This document shows positions 29,497 to 36,894 of a stretch of 36,894 nt of DNA, one piece after another. A program made the translations under genes and the position numbers. The notes beneath the pieces are model-generated. The model ran no database searches and was not told where the DNA came from. It was given only the letters and a program-made list of their open reading frames with translations. The first letter of the stretch is position 1, and each line of letters opens with the position of its first letter. Source of the stretch: Fischerella sp. (lineage in GTDB: Bacteria > Cyanobacteriota > Cyanobacteriia > Cyanobacteriales > Nostocaceae); contig JANZYY010000001.1 in assembly GCA_026419705.1 (NCBI GenBank), forward strand, positions 1 to 36,894, read 5' to 3'.

Positions 29497-31077
29497 ATGA
29501 CTCCATCCTTAAACTTGGCGATTACCCGTCTCGTCAAAGCTGGTCCTGAAAATTTCGCTATTTGCGTGTTTGATGCTCCCTATCCCAGTGGTCGTGTGAT
29601 TCATGATTGTGTCTGGTCTGTGGGCTTGACCCAAGCTTGGAGAGAATGGCAGCAAATGTTTGCTCCTAACACTCGCATAGATATTTCCCCTGCTACAACC
29701 TTTCCAAGTTCAACTCCACTCCCAAATGAGTTGCTTCCACCGGTTTCTGGTCAAACAACCAATTACAGCAGTCGGCTGATGCAATACCTGGGAATTAGTT
29801 TGTGGCGCTGGCTATTTGACGGCCCTATTCTAAATAGTCTTGAAGGCAGTCGCGCCTATGCTATGGGTAAGAATACGCGTCTACGCTTCCGATTAGAAAT
29901 TCGCGATCCTAATTTGATCGCCCTCCCTTGGGAAATTATGCAGCGCGAACCAGGTCAGTCGGCAATATCACTATCCCAAAACATTCTATTTAGTCGTACA
30001 ACTAGTGAAGTTGAACCCCTGCCATCTTTGCGAACCGATCAAGCTTTAAATATCTTGCTAGTTTTGGGAGCAGATGAAAACCTCCAGTTGGATAAAGAAA
30101 GAGCTGCGATTTTGGAACAAACCCTTGCCAATGGCTCTGCGATCGGCAGCAGTCATACACAAGGATATGCGCCTTGCATCGTCAATACACTTTTACAGCC
30201 AACCCCACAGAAGTTAATTCAAGAGCTAGAAACGCGAACTTACAACATCTTCTTTTATGCCGGTCACGGATTGCGAGGACCAGACGGGGGGTATTTACTC
30301 TTACAACCTGATATGCGTCTGAATGGCATGGAACTCGCACAAGTTTTAACGCGTGTAGGTGTAAAACTGGCAGTTTTCAACGCCTGTTGGGGAGCACAAC
30401 CTGCAGCTGTGAACGGTCAAGCCATACCTTGCAGTAGTCTAGCAGAAGTACTCATCCGCAATGGCGTGCCTGCGGTTTTAGGAATGCGAGATGAAATCGC
30501 AAACGAGGAAAGCCTTTCCTTTATTCACACCTTTGTTCAAGGTTTGCGAAAACGACTGCCCATCGATCACGCCGTGGCGGAGGCAAGACAACACCTGTTG
30601 ACAGTATATAAATTCAATCAACCAGCTTGGACACTACCGGTTCTGTACCTGCATCCACAATTTGAAGGCGAATTAATTAGGAGTTACGACGAGGGAATCA
30701 CAGAACTACCAGAAACTTCCATACCTGGTATTGCTTCCTTACTTCCTACTGCCTGCTTAAAGTCGAATGGTAAAACTTATACACTAGAGACTGGTGTAAC
30801 TCGCATTGGTCGAACGGCAGACAATCATATTGTCATTCAAGAACCATCAGTTTCTAAGCGTCATGCCGAAATTTTGTGTCGCAATACTTTCACCGGCCCT
30901 ACTCCTGTGCGAACTTACTACCTCAGAGAAAACTCTACTTATGGCACAACCTGGATTTTGGGTCCTCAGGGTTGGCAGCAAATCCATCGCCAGGAGGTTC
31001 TCCTAGAACCAGGAATGCAGTTAAAGTTTGGTAGCATGAGAAGCCACTCTTGGGAATTTATGATTGAAGATTGTTAG
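29497..31077 (+). CDS. CHAT (caspase-HetF) protease with C-terminal FHA domain
   Basis: LPWE, FYAGHG (His257), VFNACWG (Cys297), VLGMRD, WTLPVLY; FHA motifs IGR, VSKRH, STYGT. Confidence 0.92.
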   Translation: MTPSLNLAITRLVKAGPENFAICVFDAPYPSGRVIHDCVWSVGLTQAWREWQQMFAPNTRIDISPATTFPSSTPLPNELLPPVSGQTTNYSSRLMQYLGISLWRWLFDGPILNSLEGSRAYAMGKNTRLRFRLEIRDPNLIALPWEIMQREPGQSAISLSQNILFSRTTSEVEPLPSLRTDQALNILLVLGADENLQLDKERAAILEQTLANGSAIGSSHTQGYAPCIVNTLLQPTPQKLIQELETRTYNIFFYAGHGLRGPDGGYLLLQPDMRLNGMELAQVLTRVGVKLAVFNACWGAQPAAVNGQAIPCSSLAEVLIRNGVPAVLGMRDEIANEESLSFIHTFVQGLRKRLPIDHAVAEARQHLLTVYKFNQPAWTLPVLYLHPQFEGELIRSYDEGITELPETSIPGIASLLPTACLKSNGKTYTLETGVTRIGRTADNHIVIQEPSVSKRHAEILCRNTFTGPTPVRTYYLRENSTYGTTWILGPQGWQQIHRQEVLLEPGMQLKFGSMRSHSWEFMIEDC

Positions 31078-31352
31078 TACAAAAAGGCAGCCAGACTCAA
31101 AGTCAAAAGAACAGTCCAGCAACAGGCAAAAGTAAAAAAACGTTCTATATAGAAAATTTTCTCCTCATCCCCACTCCCAGAGCGGGAGCTGGGTTCGAGA
31201 TTTCCCCTTTTTCTAAAAGCGGTGATTTCTGTTGCAGTTATTAGCAAAAAACCGGCAGACAAACTTAGCAAAATTATATTTTGCGTGCGGAAATGAGAAA
31301 CTAGCTGCTGTAGCTGTAAATACAACAAAATTGATTAATTGGGAGGCGACAC

Positions 31353-32006
31353 ATGGCTAAGCACATTCAAGGTTCAGACAATTTCCAAATCCTACCTTCT
31401 CAAATGGAACTCGAATTTTTAGAAGCACTGCTACAACCAGAAGATAGTACCTATCCTTGGAATCCAACTGACGAACATTCAGAAGAATATTTTCTCCAAC
31501 TCGAACAACAGTTCTTACTTGAAGATGCACTGGCAGATGAATTAACCGGGCGATCGCAAGCTTTTCACAACAAGATAGAGATGCTATGGGTTTCCGCTGC
31601 TGCATACTACAAGTGTAATACAAAATCGCATCTTGTCGCCAGACTTCAAGAAAGTTTACAAACCAGTTTCGCTACTCGCGTACCCCAAGATTGGTTGAAG
31701 GCGATCGCCACCAAAGCTGCTGATGTTTTTGTTGCTAAACAATCAATAGCAGAACAGCTAGTAGAGTGCGTTCAAGCTGTACTGCCCGGTTGGGGAGCAG
31801 ATGATTTGTTGGTATTAGCTCGTCCCTACGCTTACGCAATGCGGAGTAGCGAACCACAAAATGAAAATCGAGAAAGTGTACTCAATCAAGTTGGCGAACA
31901 AGAATGGACCAATTTATCTGAAATCGAACAGGCAAGAGCTAGTTTGGCGATCGCTTACTACGCTTTGCGTGAACTAGATAGCATTCAAGGTGAAGGTGAA
32001 GCCTGA
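31353..32006 (+). CDS. Conserved hypothetical protein, PatU3-like by recalled motif similarity
   Basis: 217-aa ORF with GGAGG RBS; motifs YPWN, VPQDWL, QLVECV..LP, AMRS, WTNLSEIEQARASLAIA. Confidence 0.8.
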   Translation: MAKHIQGSDNFQILPSQMELEFLEALLQPEDSTYPWNPTDEHSEEYFLQLEQQFLLEDALADELTGRSQAFHNKIEMLWVSAAAYYKCNTKSHLVARLQESLQTSFATRVPQDWLKAIATKAADVFVAKQSIAEQLVECVQAVLPGWGADDLLVLARPYAYAMRSSEPQNENRESVLNQVGEQEWTNLSEIEQARASLAIAYYALRELDSIQGEGEA

Positions 32007-32228
32007 ACTCAAATTTTTATCGTGTTTATTTTTTGCTTTGCTCCCATCCCAATTCTTCTGGTGGCAAGCAACTTTGAGTAGGAAGTGACGCTTGGATTGC
32101 AAGTCTTTATTTCACTCGGGTTATTCAGGCTTAAGTTTGCCATCGTAAGGATGAGTTTAAGTAATTGCAAAACGAGCGTCATCTATCTGAAGACAGAAAA
32201 ATTTGATTAATCCCTTGATTGCTTTTGC

Positions 32229-33605
32229 TTATTTACGCTCGAGAAAGCGGGTAGCGAAATTATGCTCTCGTGTGGGTGATAATGCGCGTGCCTTGAGAAT
32301 AGCAGCCATTAAGAAAGCATAAGATAATACACCTACAACTACTAATAACAAGCCGTTGATAGTTCCTGTGGCATTCCATAAAGCGTGAAGTCCAGCAGAA
32401 GTAAGATAGCCAATCAGCAGAATCTGCCAGCTTTTTCTGGGCTTAAGAACAGCCAACCCGATAAAATAGCCTAGGTAGCCACTGTAAGCCATGTGTCCTG
32501 CTACAGAACCTAAAATACGGGGAATTAATAGTTGCAATCCAGCTAGTTGACCAGCTCCGTCCCCTGACTGTATGGAAACATTTTGTGTAATTTGTGGTAC
32601 ATACTGCCCCAATGTTTCCAATAAAGTAAAGCCTACAGCAGAAGCAGTTCCCAGAAGAATGCCATCTAGAGGTTCCCAGACACCGATACGTTCTCGCCAC
32701 GGTGAGCGCAGTCCCCTAGAAACCGCGTACGATAGTAGTAATGGCAATGCTTTCAGTAATTCTTCCATCAAACCAGCACCAAAAAAGTACCGGATCAATA
32801 ACTCTGTGAAGGTGATAGTTTCTTGATCTGAGGGTAAGTTACCAGGCAAGACATCGCGAAAGAAGAAAATAAAAAAATCTAATAGGGGACTCAGCAGGAT
32901 GAACATCGTTGTCAATCCTGAAAACATTAACACCCACCAAGGCTTGCGCTTTCCACACAATTGATAAATAAAGTAGTAAGCAGCGGATGCTATGTAAGTC
33001 CCCACAATCACTTGATTAGCTTGTGGATTCCCCACTGTGGCAAACATCAGGACCACAAAAACGACCGTAAGTACACCCGGTATGAGATAAGCTTTGCGAG
33101 TTAAATCTTTACCAGTCGAAATAATCGGAAACAATTGCGTGAAGCTAACCGAAGAATCTGGTACTGTTGGTGTTTGGTAGCCACCTGCTGGTGTCAGTGA
33201 TGTAGCTTCGGCAATGGATGCAATTATAGTAGATTGGTGGTTGAATTCGTACTCAAACAGTAATTCCGGACCATCATAACCGAGAGTAATGCGATCGCCC
33301 GGCATTAATTGCTGACAACCCTGCAAGCGTTGTCCATTTAAATAAGTACCATTAGCACTATTCAAATCGCAAATTACCCAGCTAGATTCCCGATCTGGAG
33401 AAGTAGGAAGAGGACGAACCACCGCATGACGACGAGATACCATGCGATACATCATGGCATCCAAGACTATTTGACAGCTAGGGTCGCGTCCAATTACTGC
33501 TTCTTTACTGGGGAACAAAGAGTAACGAAATCCCGACCCGTAAGCTGCTTCTTTAGCAGACACTAGCCGCAGAAATGCATTTCGTCTTGCGTATTTGCCT
33601 GTCAT
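32229..33605 (-). CDS. PrsW-family glutamic intramembrane protease with N-terminal FHA domain
   Basis: FHA motifs IGRD, VSRRH, DLNSANGT; PrsW motifs EELLK, GFTLLE, GHMAYS, HALWN; multiple TM helices. Confidence 0.93.
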   Translation of the reverse strand: MTGKYARRNAFLRLVSAKEAAYGSGFRYSLFPSKEAVIGRDPSCQIVLDAMMYRMVSRRHAVVRPLPTSPDRESSWVICDLNSANGTYLNGQRLQGCQQLMPGDRITLGYDGPELLFEYEFNHQSTIIASIAEATSLTPAGGYQTPTVPDSSVSFTQLFPIISTGKDLTRKAYLIPGVLTVVFVVLMFATVGNPQANQVIVGTYIASAAYYFIYQLCGKRKPWWVLMFSGLTTMFILLSPLLDFFIFFFRDVLPGNLPSDQETITFTELLIRYFFGAGLMEELLKALPLLLSYAVSRGLRSPWRERIGVWEPLDGILLGTASAVGFTLLETLGQYVPQITQNVSIQSGDGAGQLAGLQLLIPRILGSVAGHMAYSGYLGYFIGLAVLKPRKSWQILLIGYLTSAGLHALWNATGTINGLLLVVVGVLSYAFLMAAILKARALSPTREHNFATRFLERK

Positions 33606-34357
33606 CGAGTTGCAGGGTGTTGCTAAACTGTTTTAAGAAAAAATTGGCACTAAGACTTAGCCTTAGCCACATCAATAGCAAAATTGCTAAATCCACTATA
33701 GCTTCACTCTCCGCTTAGGAATTAGAAATTAAAAAAATCAAAATAAATCCCTCTTCAATGCTTTCCTTGCTTCTCAATCTGTACACTTGTGTAATATTAA
33801 TCAGGTCATCACTATTTTCTATAATCTTGTTGCCTCAGTCAGTACAAATTAACACAGGAGAAAGATAAGGAATATACTGTACCCTTATCCTCTACTCACA
33901 CCAAAGGTAGGCACGACATTAAATTACAGCATTTCTAGGAAGAGAATACAACCCTCCCCAAGGGATACAGGGCTGATTCCCAGAAAATATCTGTATTCAC
34001 TAACTATCAAGGACGCACAGACGCGCAGCTAGCTAGCTAGCTGCCTTCCACCAGGGTAGAGCACAAAGAGTCTACTCTGAAAATAAGACAGCGGTTGCGA
34101 AGGCAGAGGGCACAAGGAATAAAGATTTTGATCGGCGGTGCTGTACTCAAAGTTCATGACCCACTAATATCAATTTCCTTTAACTTTGAAACATATGTAG
34201 TCCCCCCAACCGGCTATAGAGAATCATTTGTATCAAACATTGAGAGAAATGGTATTAGAATTTGGTAGGGATTCAAAACTTTTATTACGTCGTATGAAAC
34301 CACCTTGGTGCCTTCCCAAGCAGGGTTGGGGGGGGAACCGTATTGGGCCTGTATTAG

Positions 34358-34960
34358 CTAACTGACTGCAGCCATCTCAGGATGCTCAATCTTAGTGCCG
34401 AGTACTTTCAGGAATTCCGCCAGCCAACGGGGATGAGCAGGCCAAGCCGGTGCAGTGACTAAATTACCATCAACTACGACCTCATCCGCTGGCTTATCTA
34501 CATAAATACCACCTGCACGGCGCACATCTGGACCACACGCAGGGTAGGCAGTACAATTCTTCCCTGCCAGTACATCTGCAGCTGCCAACAATTGCAAACC
34601 ATGACAAATGGCAGCTATGGGCTTGTTTGCTTGGGCAAAGTAACGAGTGATTTCTAGCACTTTCTCATTTAGGCGGATATATTCTGGTGCGCGACCTCCA
34701 GGAATTACTAGGGCATCGTAAGTATCAGCCTTTACTTCATCAAAGGTGGCATTGACCGTGAAATTATGACCTGGTTTTTCACTATAAGTTTGATCCCCTT
34801 CAAAATCGTGAATGGCGGTTCGCACCTTGTCGCCTGCTTTTTTATCAGGGCAAACTGCGTGAACGGTGTGTCCTACCATCTGCAGGGCTTGGAAAGGAAC
34901 CATGACCTCATAATCTTCTACATAATCCCCAACGAGCATAAGAATTTTCTTTGCAGCCAT
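34358..34960 (-). CDS. DJ-1/PfpI family protein
   Basis: [17 protein letters not shown] nucleophile elbow, DGNLVT. Confidence 0.95.
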   Translation of the reverse strand: MAAKKILMLVGDYVEDYEVMVPFQALQMVGHTVHAVCPDKKAGDKVRTAIHDFEGDQTYSEKPGHNFTVNATFDEVKADTYDALVIPGGRAPEYIRLNEKVLEITRYFAQANKPIAAICHGLQLLAAADVLAGKNCTAYPACGPDVRRAGGIYVDKPADEVVVDGNLVTAPAWPAHPRWLAEFLKVLGTKIEHPEMAAVS

Positions 34961-34997
34961 ATTTTCATATCCTCACTTCTTCGAGCGTCAAAAAAGA

Positions 34998-35101
34998 GGT
35001 GTTGCTGATTGATTGATGTAGAAACGCTGCAAACAGCGCCTCTGGTACAAAGGTTTTGAAATCACACAAAATCTTGCATCGTACATAAAATCAGCAACGT
35101 C
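34998..35101. mobile_element. Degenerate MITE-like element
   Basis: GTTGCTGATT (35001-35010) / AATCAGCAAC (35089-35098) terminal inverted repeat. Confidence 0.6.
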
Positions 35102-35197
35102 TATAATTAATTATCTACGTATCTTAGTGTCTTAGTGCCTTCGTGTCTTAGTGTTTTTGAGGTGTTACATCAAACAGGCATGAATAATGAACCGCCA

Positions 35198-35225
35198 TAG
35201 ACACGTAGTGGCTTCCCGAAGGGTA
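35198..35225 (+). repeat. 28-bp small dispersed repeat (TAGACGCGCAGCGGCTTCCCGCAGGGTA-like)
   Basis: tagacacgtagtggcttcccgaagggta; relatives at 13354-13476, 23966-23993 (minus strand) and about 34018-34058. Confidence 0.75.
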
Positions 35226-35310
35226 GACGCCGAGAACGCCAAGAATTGAGTTTTTCCATGAAAGGAGAAAATAAAATTATCCCCCTGTCTTTGCAACGCC
35301 GTTTTTGATG

Positions 35311-35763
35311 TTATTGCAAATTAAACTCCCTCAAAGCTGGGATAAAGTTTTTATTTTCATGCCCAGGACGACTAAGTTTAATCAGGGCAAAACGCTGCAA
35401 GGGAGTGAGATTTGACCAGCATTCAGTAGTGATGGAAACGCCTACTTCTTGAGCTTTTTCACGAACACTAATTGGTACAGTACTAGCATCCATCCATGCA
35501 GGATGAGCCTCAATAGGCAATTCAACGGCGGGTGTACCGGTGCGTTGTAAAATCAATTCTTGGATATACTTGCGATAAGCCTGAATTTCAGATTCCGTAG
35601 TGCATGGTAATTCAACTAAGTTTTGACGCTCTAATTGAGTCATGTGGTTCCAATCTGATAATTTCAGCTTAATGCCACAAGTATCGAGTTTGTAACGTAC
35701 TTGCATGGGAATGCAACGCAGAGAATTCACAAAATCTGCCTCAAATTGAAAGAATTCTGACAT
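35311..35763 (-). CDS. narM: Nitrate reductase associated protein
   Basis: FFQFEADFVNSLRCIPMQVRYKLDTCGIKLKL, LTPLQRFALIKLSRPGHENKNF. Confidence 0.9.
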   Translation of the reverse strand: MSEFFQFEADFVNSLRCIPMQVRYKLDTCGIKLKLSDWNHMTQLERQNLVELPCTTESEIQAYRKYIQELILQRTGTPAVELPIEAHPAWMDASTVPISVREKAQEVGVSITTECWSNLTPLQRFALIKLSRPGHENKNFIPALREFNLQ

Positions 35764-35818
35764 AAGCCTGAGTAAATCTTGAATTCATCAAACCCAATAA
35801 TCAACTAATAATTAATTA

Positions 35819-35851
35819 TTAACAAATAACAAATAACAAATAACAAACAAC
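35819..35851. repeat. STRR tract (AACAAAT)n
   Basis: aacaaat x3 then aacaaac between the PsiE-family gene and narM. Confidence 0.85.
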
Positions 35852-35857
35852 TATTAA

Positions 35858-36310
35858 CTAATGTTTGGCGTTGGTGGTACGAATAATCCAATAACTTATT
35901 GAAAGAGAAAGTAGAGCTATTCCCAAACCAATAATATCAATGCCCGATACTTTATCTAAATCTAGAATAATAATTTTACGCGCTACTGCAATTAAAGAAG
36001 TTACTATCACTAATTCTACTTGTAAAACATGTTTTTTAAGATAACCTGTGATATTTTCCAAGATTTCCAAAGCAATCAAAATATTTAAAAATAAGCCAAA
36101 AATTTTAAATAATGTTGTATTAAATTTAGCGTATGGAGTGCTAAATAATTCTTTATATAGAAAAATACCCAAATCAATTATCGCTACAAAAATCACCACC
36201 AACATCAAAATAGAAAGAATTTTCGAGACTATCACCTCTATTTTTTCAACTAAATGCATAAATTTTTCATCTTTGCTGGCTTCCCGAATTCGCTGGAATA
36301 GTTTCCTCAT
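35858..36310 (-). CDS. Phosphate-starvation-inducible PsiE family membrane protein
   Basis: Four TM helices, LIALEILENI, LIAVARKIIILD. Confidence 0.9.
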   Translation of the reverse strand: MRKLFQRIREASKDEKFMHLVEKIEVIVSKILSILMLVVIFVAIIDLGIFLYKELFSTPYAKFNTTLFKIFGLFLNILIALEILENITGYLKKHVLQVELVIVTSLIAVARKIIILDLDKVSGIDIIGLGIALLSLSISYWIIRTTNAKH

Positions 36311-36517
36311 CGGCTACACTTTCTAGTAGATAACTGGTGATAGCAGCTACATAACTTGGTTGTGATTATAAATCAAAAGTGGTGTACTAAAAAACGTCGG
36401 GCGAAATGATTAGGTAACAATAAATTGAGATAACTGGACAATACACAAATTTTGTGCATTAGTAGGTTATACCATTGCTTTACTAACCCGCACCGCTTTT
36501 TTTCAGTCAGACTCAAT

Positions 36518-36643
36518 GCTAGTGGTTCATTGCATTAGTTTTGATAAGTTGTAAAAGTTTGTAGTTAGCGGCTCTAGCCCTTGAAATTGAGCGATAAATC
36601 GCTCACTACAAACCTCTCATAATTAATGCGATGAACCACTAGC
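36518..36643. mobile_element. MITE-like element, 126 bp, enclosing a GTAG...CTAC palindrome
   Basis: GCTAGTGGTTCATTGCATTAGTT / AATTAATGCGATGAACCACTAGC terminal IR (2 mismatches in 23); inner repeat at 36557-36613. Confidence 0.8.
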
Positions 36644-36737
36644 TTCCTGCATCAAACGCATCTCTACTTACCAGATAACCTAGCAAGCTTGGATGATGCT
36701 CCACAGCAAATCAATTCTTAAATTTAAAAATTAAAAC

Positions 36738-36767
36738 TTGTTATGGATAAATTTTTATCCATGACAA
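36738..36767. promoter_or_regulatory. Near-perfect 30-bp palindrome
   Basis: TTGTTATGGATAAA-TT-TTTATCCATGACAA. Confidence 0.4.
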
Positions 36768-36875
36768 ATTTGTAGTTAATAAACTCAAAAATACGTTTAT
36801 TTGACAGAGTACTATTCAGAGAGTGTTTTAATTCCCCCTTAAAACGGTATGGGAAGCTGATAAATAATCCTTAAC

Positions 36876-36894
36876 CTGTCTCTTATACACATCT
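36876..36894 (-). other. Tn5 mosaic end / Nextera adapter, reverse complement (library artefact)
   Basis: Exact CTGTCTCTTATACACATCT at the 3' end. Confidence 0.99.

Noticed and set aside
33781-33794. NtcA-like GTA-N8-TAA upstream of the FHA-PrsW gene
   Set aside because: It deviates from GTA-N8-TAC, and such near matches are common in AT-rich DNA.
36738-36767. DnaA boxes / oriC
   Set aside because: TTATCCATG and TTATCCATA are imperfect matches, there are only two, and there is no dnaA/dnaN context.
20-36875. tRNA, rRNA, integrase or prophage genes
   Set aside because: None recognised by eye; tRNAscan-SE and Infernal would be needed to exclude small RNAs.
1-36894. Whole window as a natural Tn5-like composite transposon
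   Set aside because: The ends are the synthetic mosaic end in tagmentation orientation, there is no transposase, the content is core chromosomal genes and the first gene is cut mid-frame.

Overview
A 36.9 kb chromosomal fragment from a heterocyst-forming (Nostocales-type) cyanobacterium. The assignment rests on dense HIP1 GCGATCGC octamers, heptamer STRR tracts, small dispersed palindromic repeats, ndhM, narM and an Asr1734/Npun_R1517-type gene. Both ends carry the 19-bp Tn5 mosaic end in tagmentation orientation, so the window is a library fragment and the first ORF start (MCIRDS) is an artefact. Most of the window is core genome: sugar ABC ATPase (partial), UPF0182, hemA, glpX, grxC, a PD-(D/E)XK nuclease, GNAT, recJ, YdcF, ctpB, GT2, a Rre1/Ycf29-type regulator, ndhM, DJ-1/PfpI, narM and PsiE. 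Two parts stand out. (1) A decayed accessory patch at about 7.7-12.3 kb holds an apparently chimeric STAND ATPase-TPR gene, a dead yefM-yoeB pair with an intact-looking TGTACA operator, an internally deleted NACHT-family gene and a 21-bp periodic tract. (2) A four-gene signalling cluster at 27.0-33.6 kb encodes a PrpJ-like membrane PP2C, a HetF-like CHAT protease fused to FHA, a 217-aa protein that resembles PatU3 and an FHA-PrsW intramembrane protease. It looks like a phosphorylation-gated proteolysis module paralogous to HetF/PatU3 and is the best candidate for an undescribed system. All family and ortholog assignments come from motif recognition and recall, not from searches.
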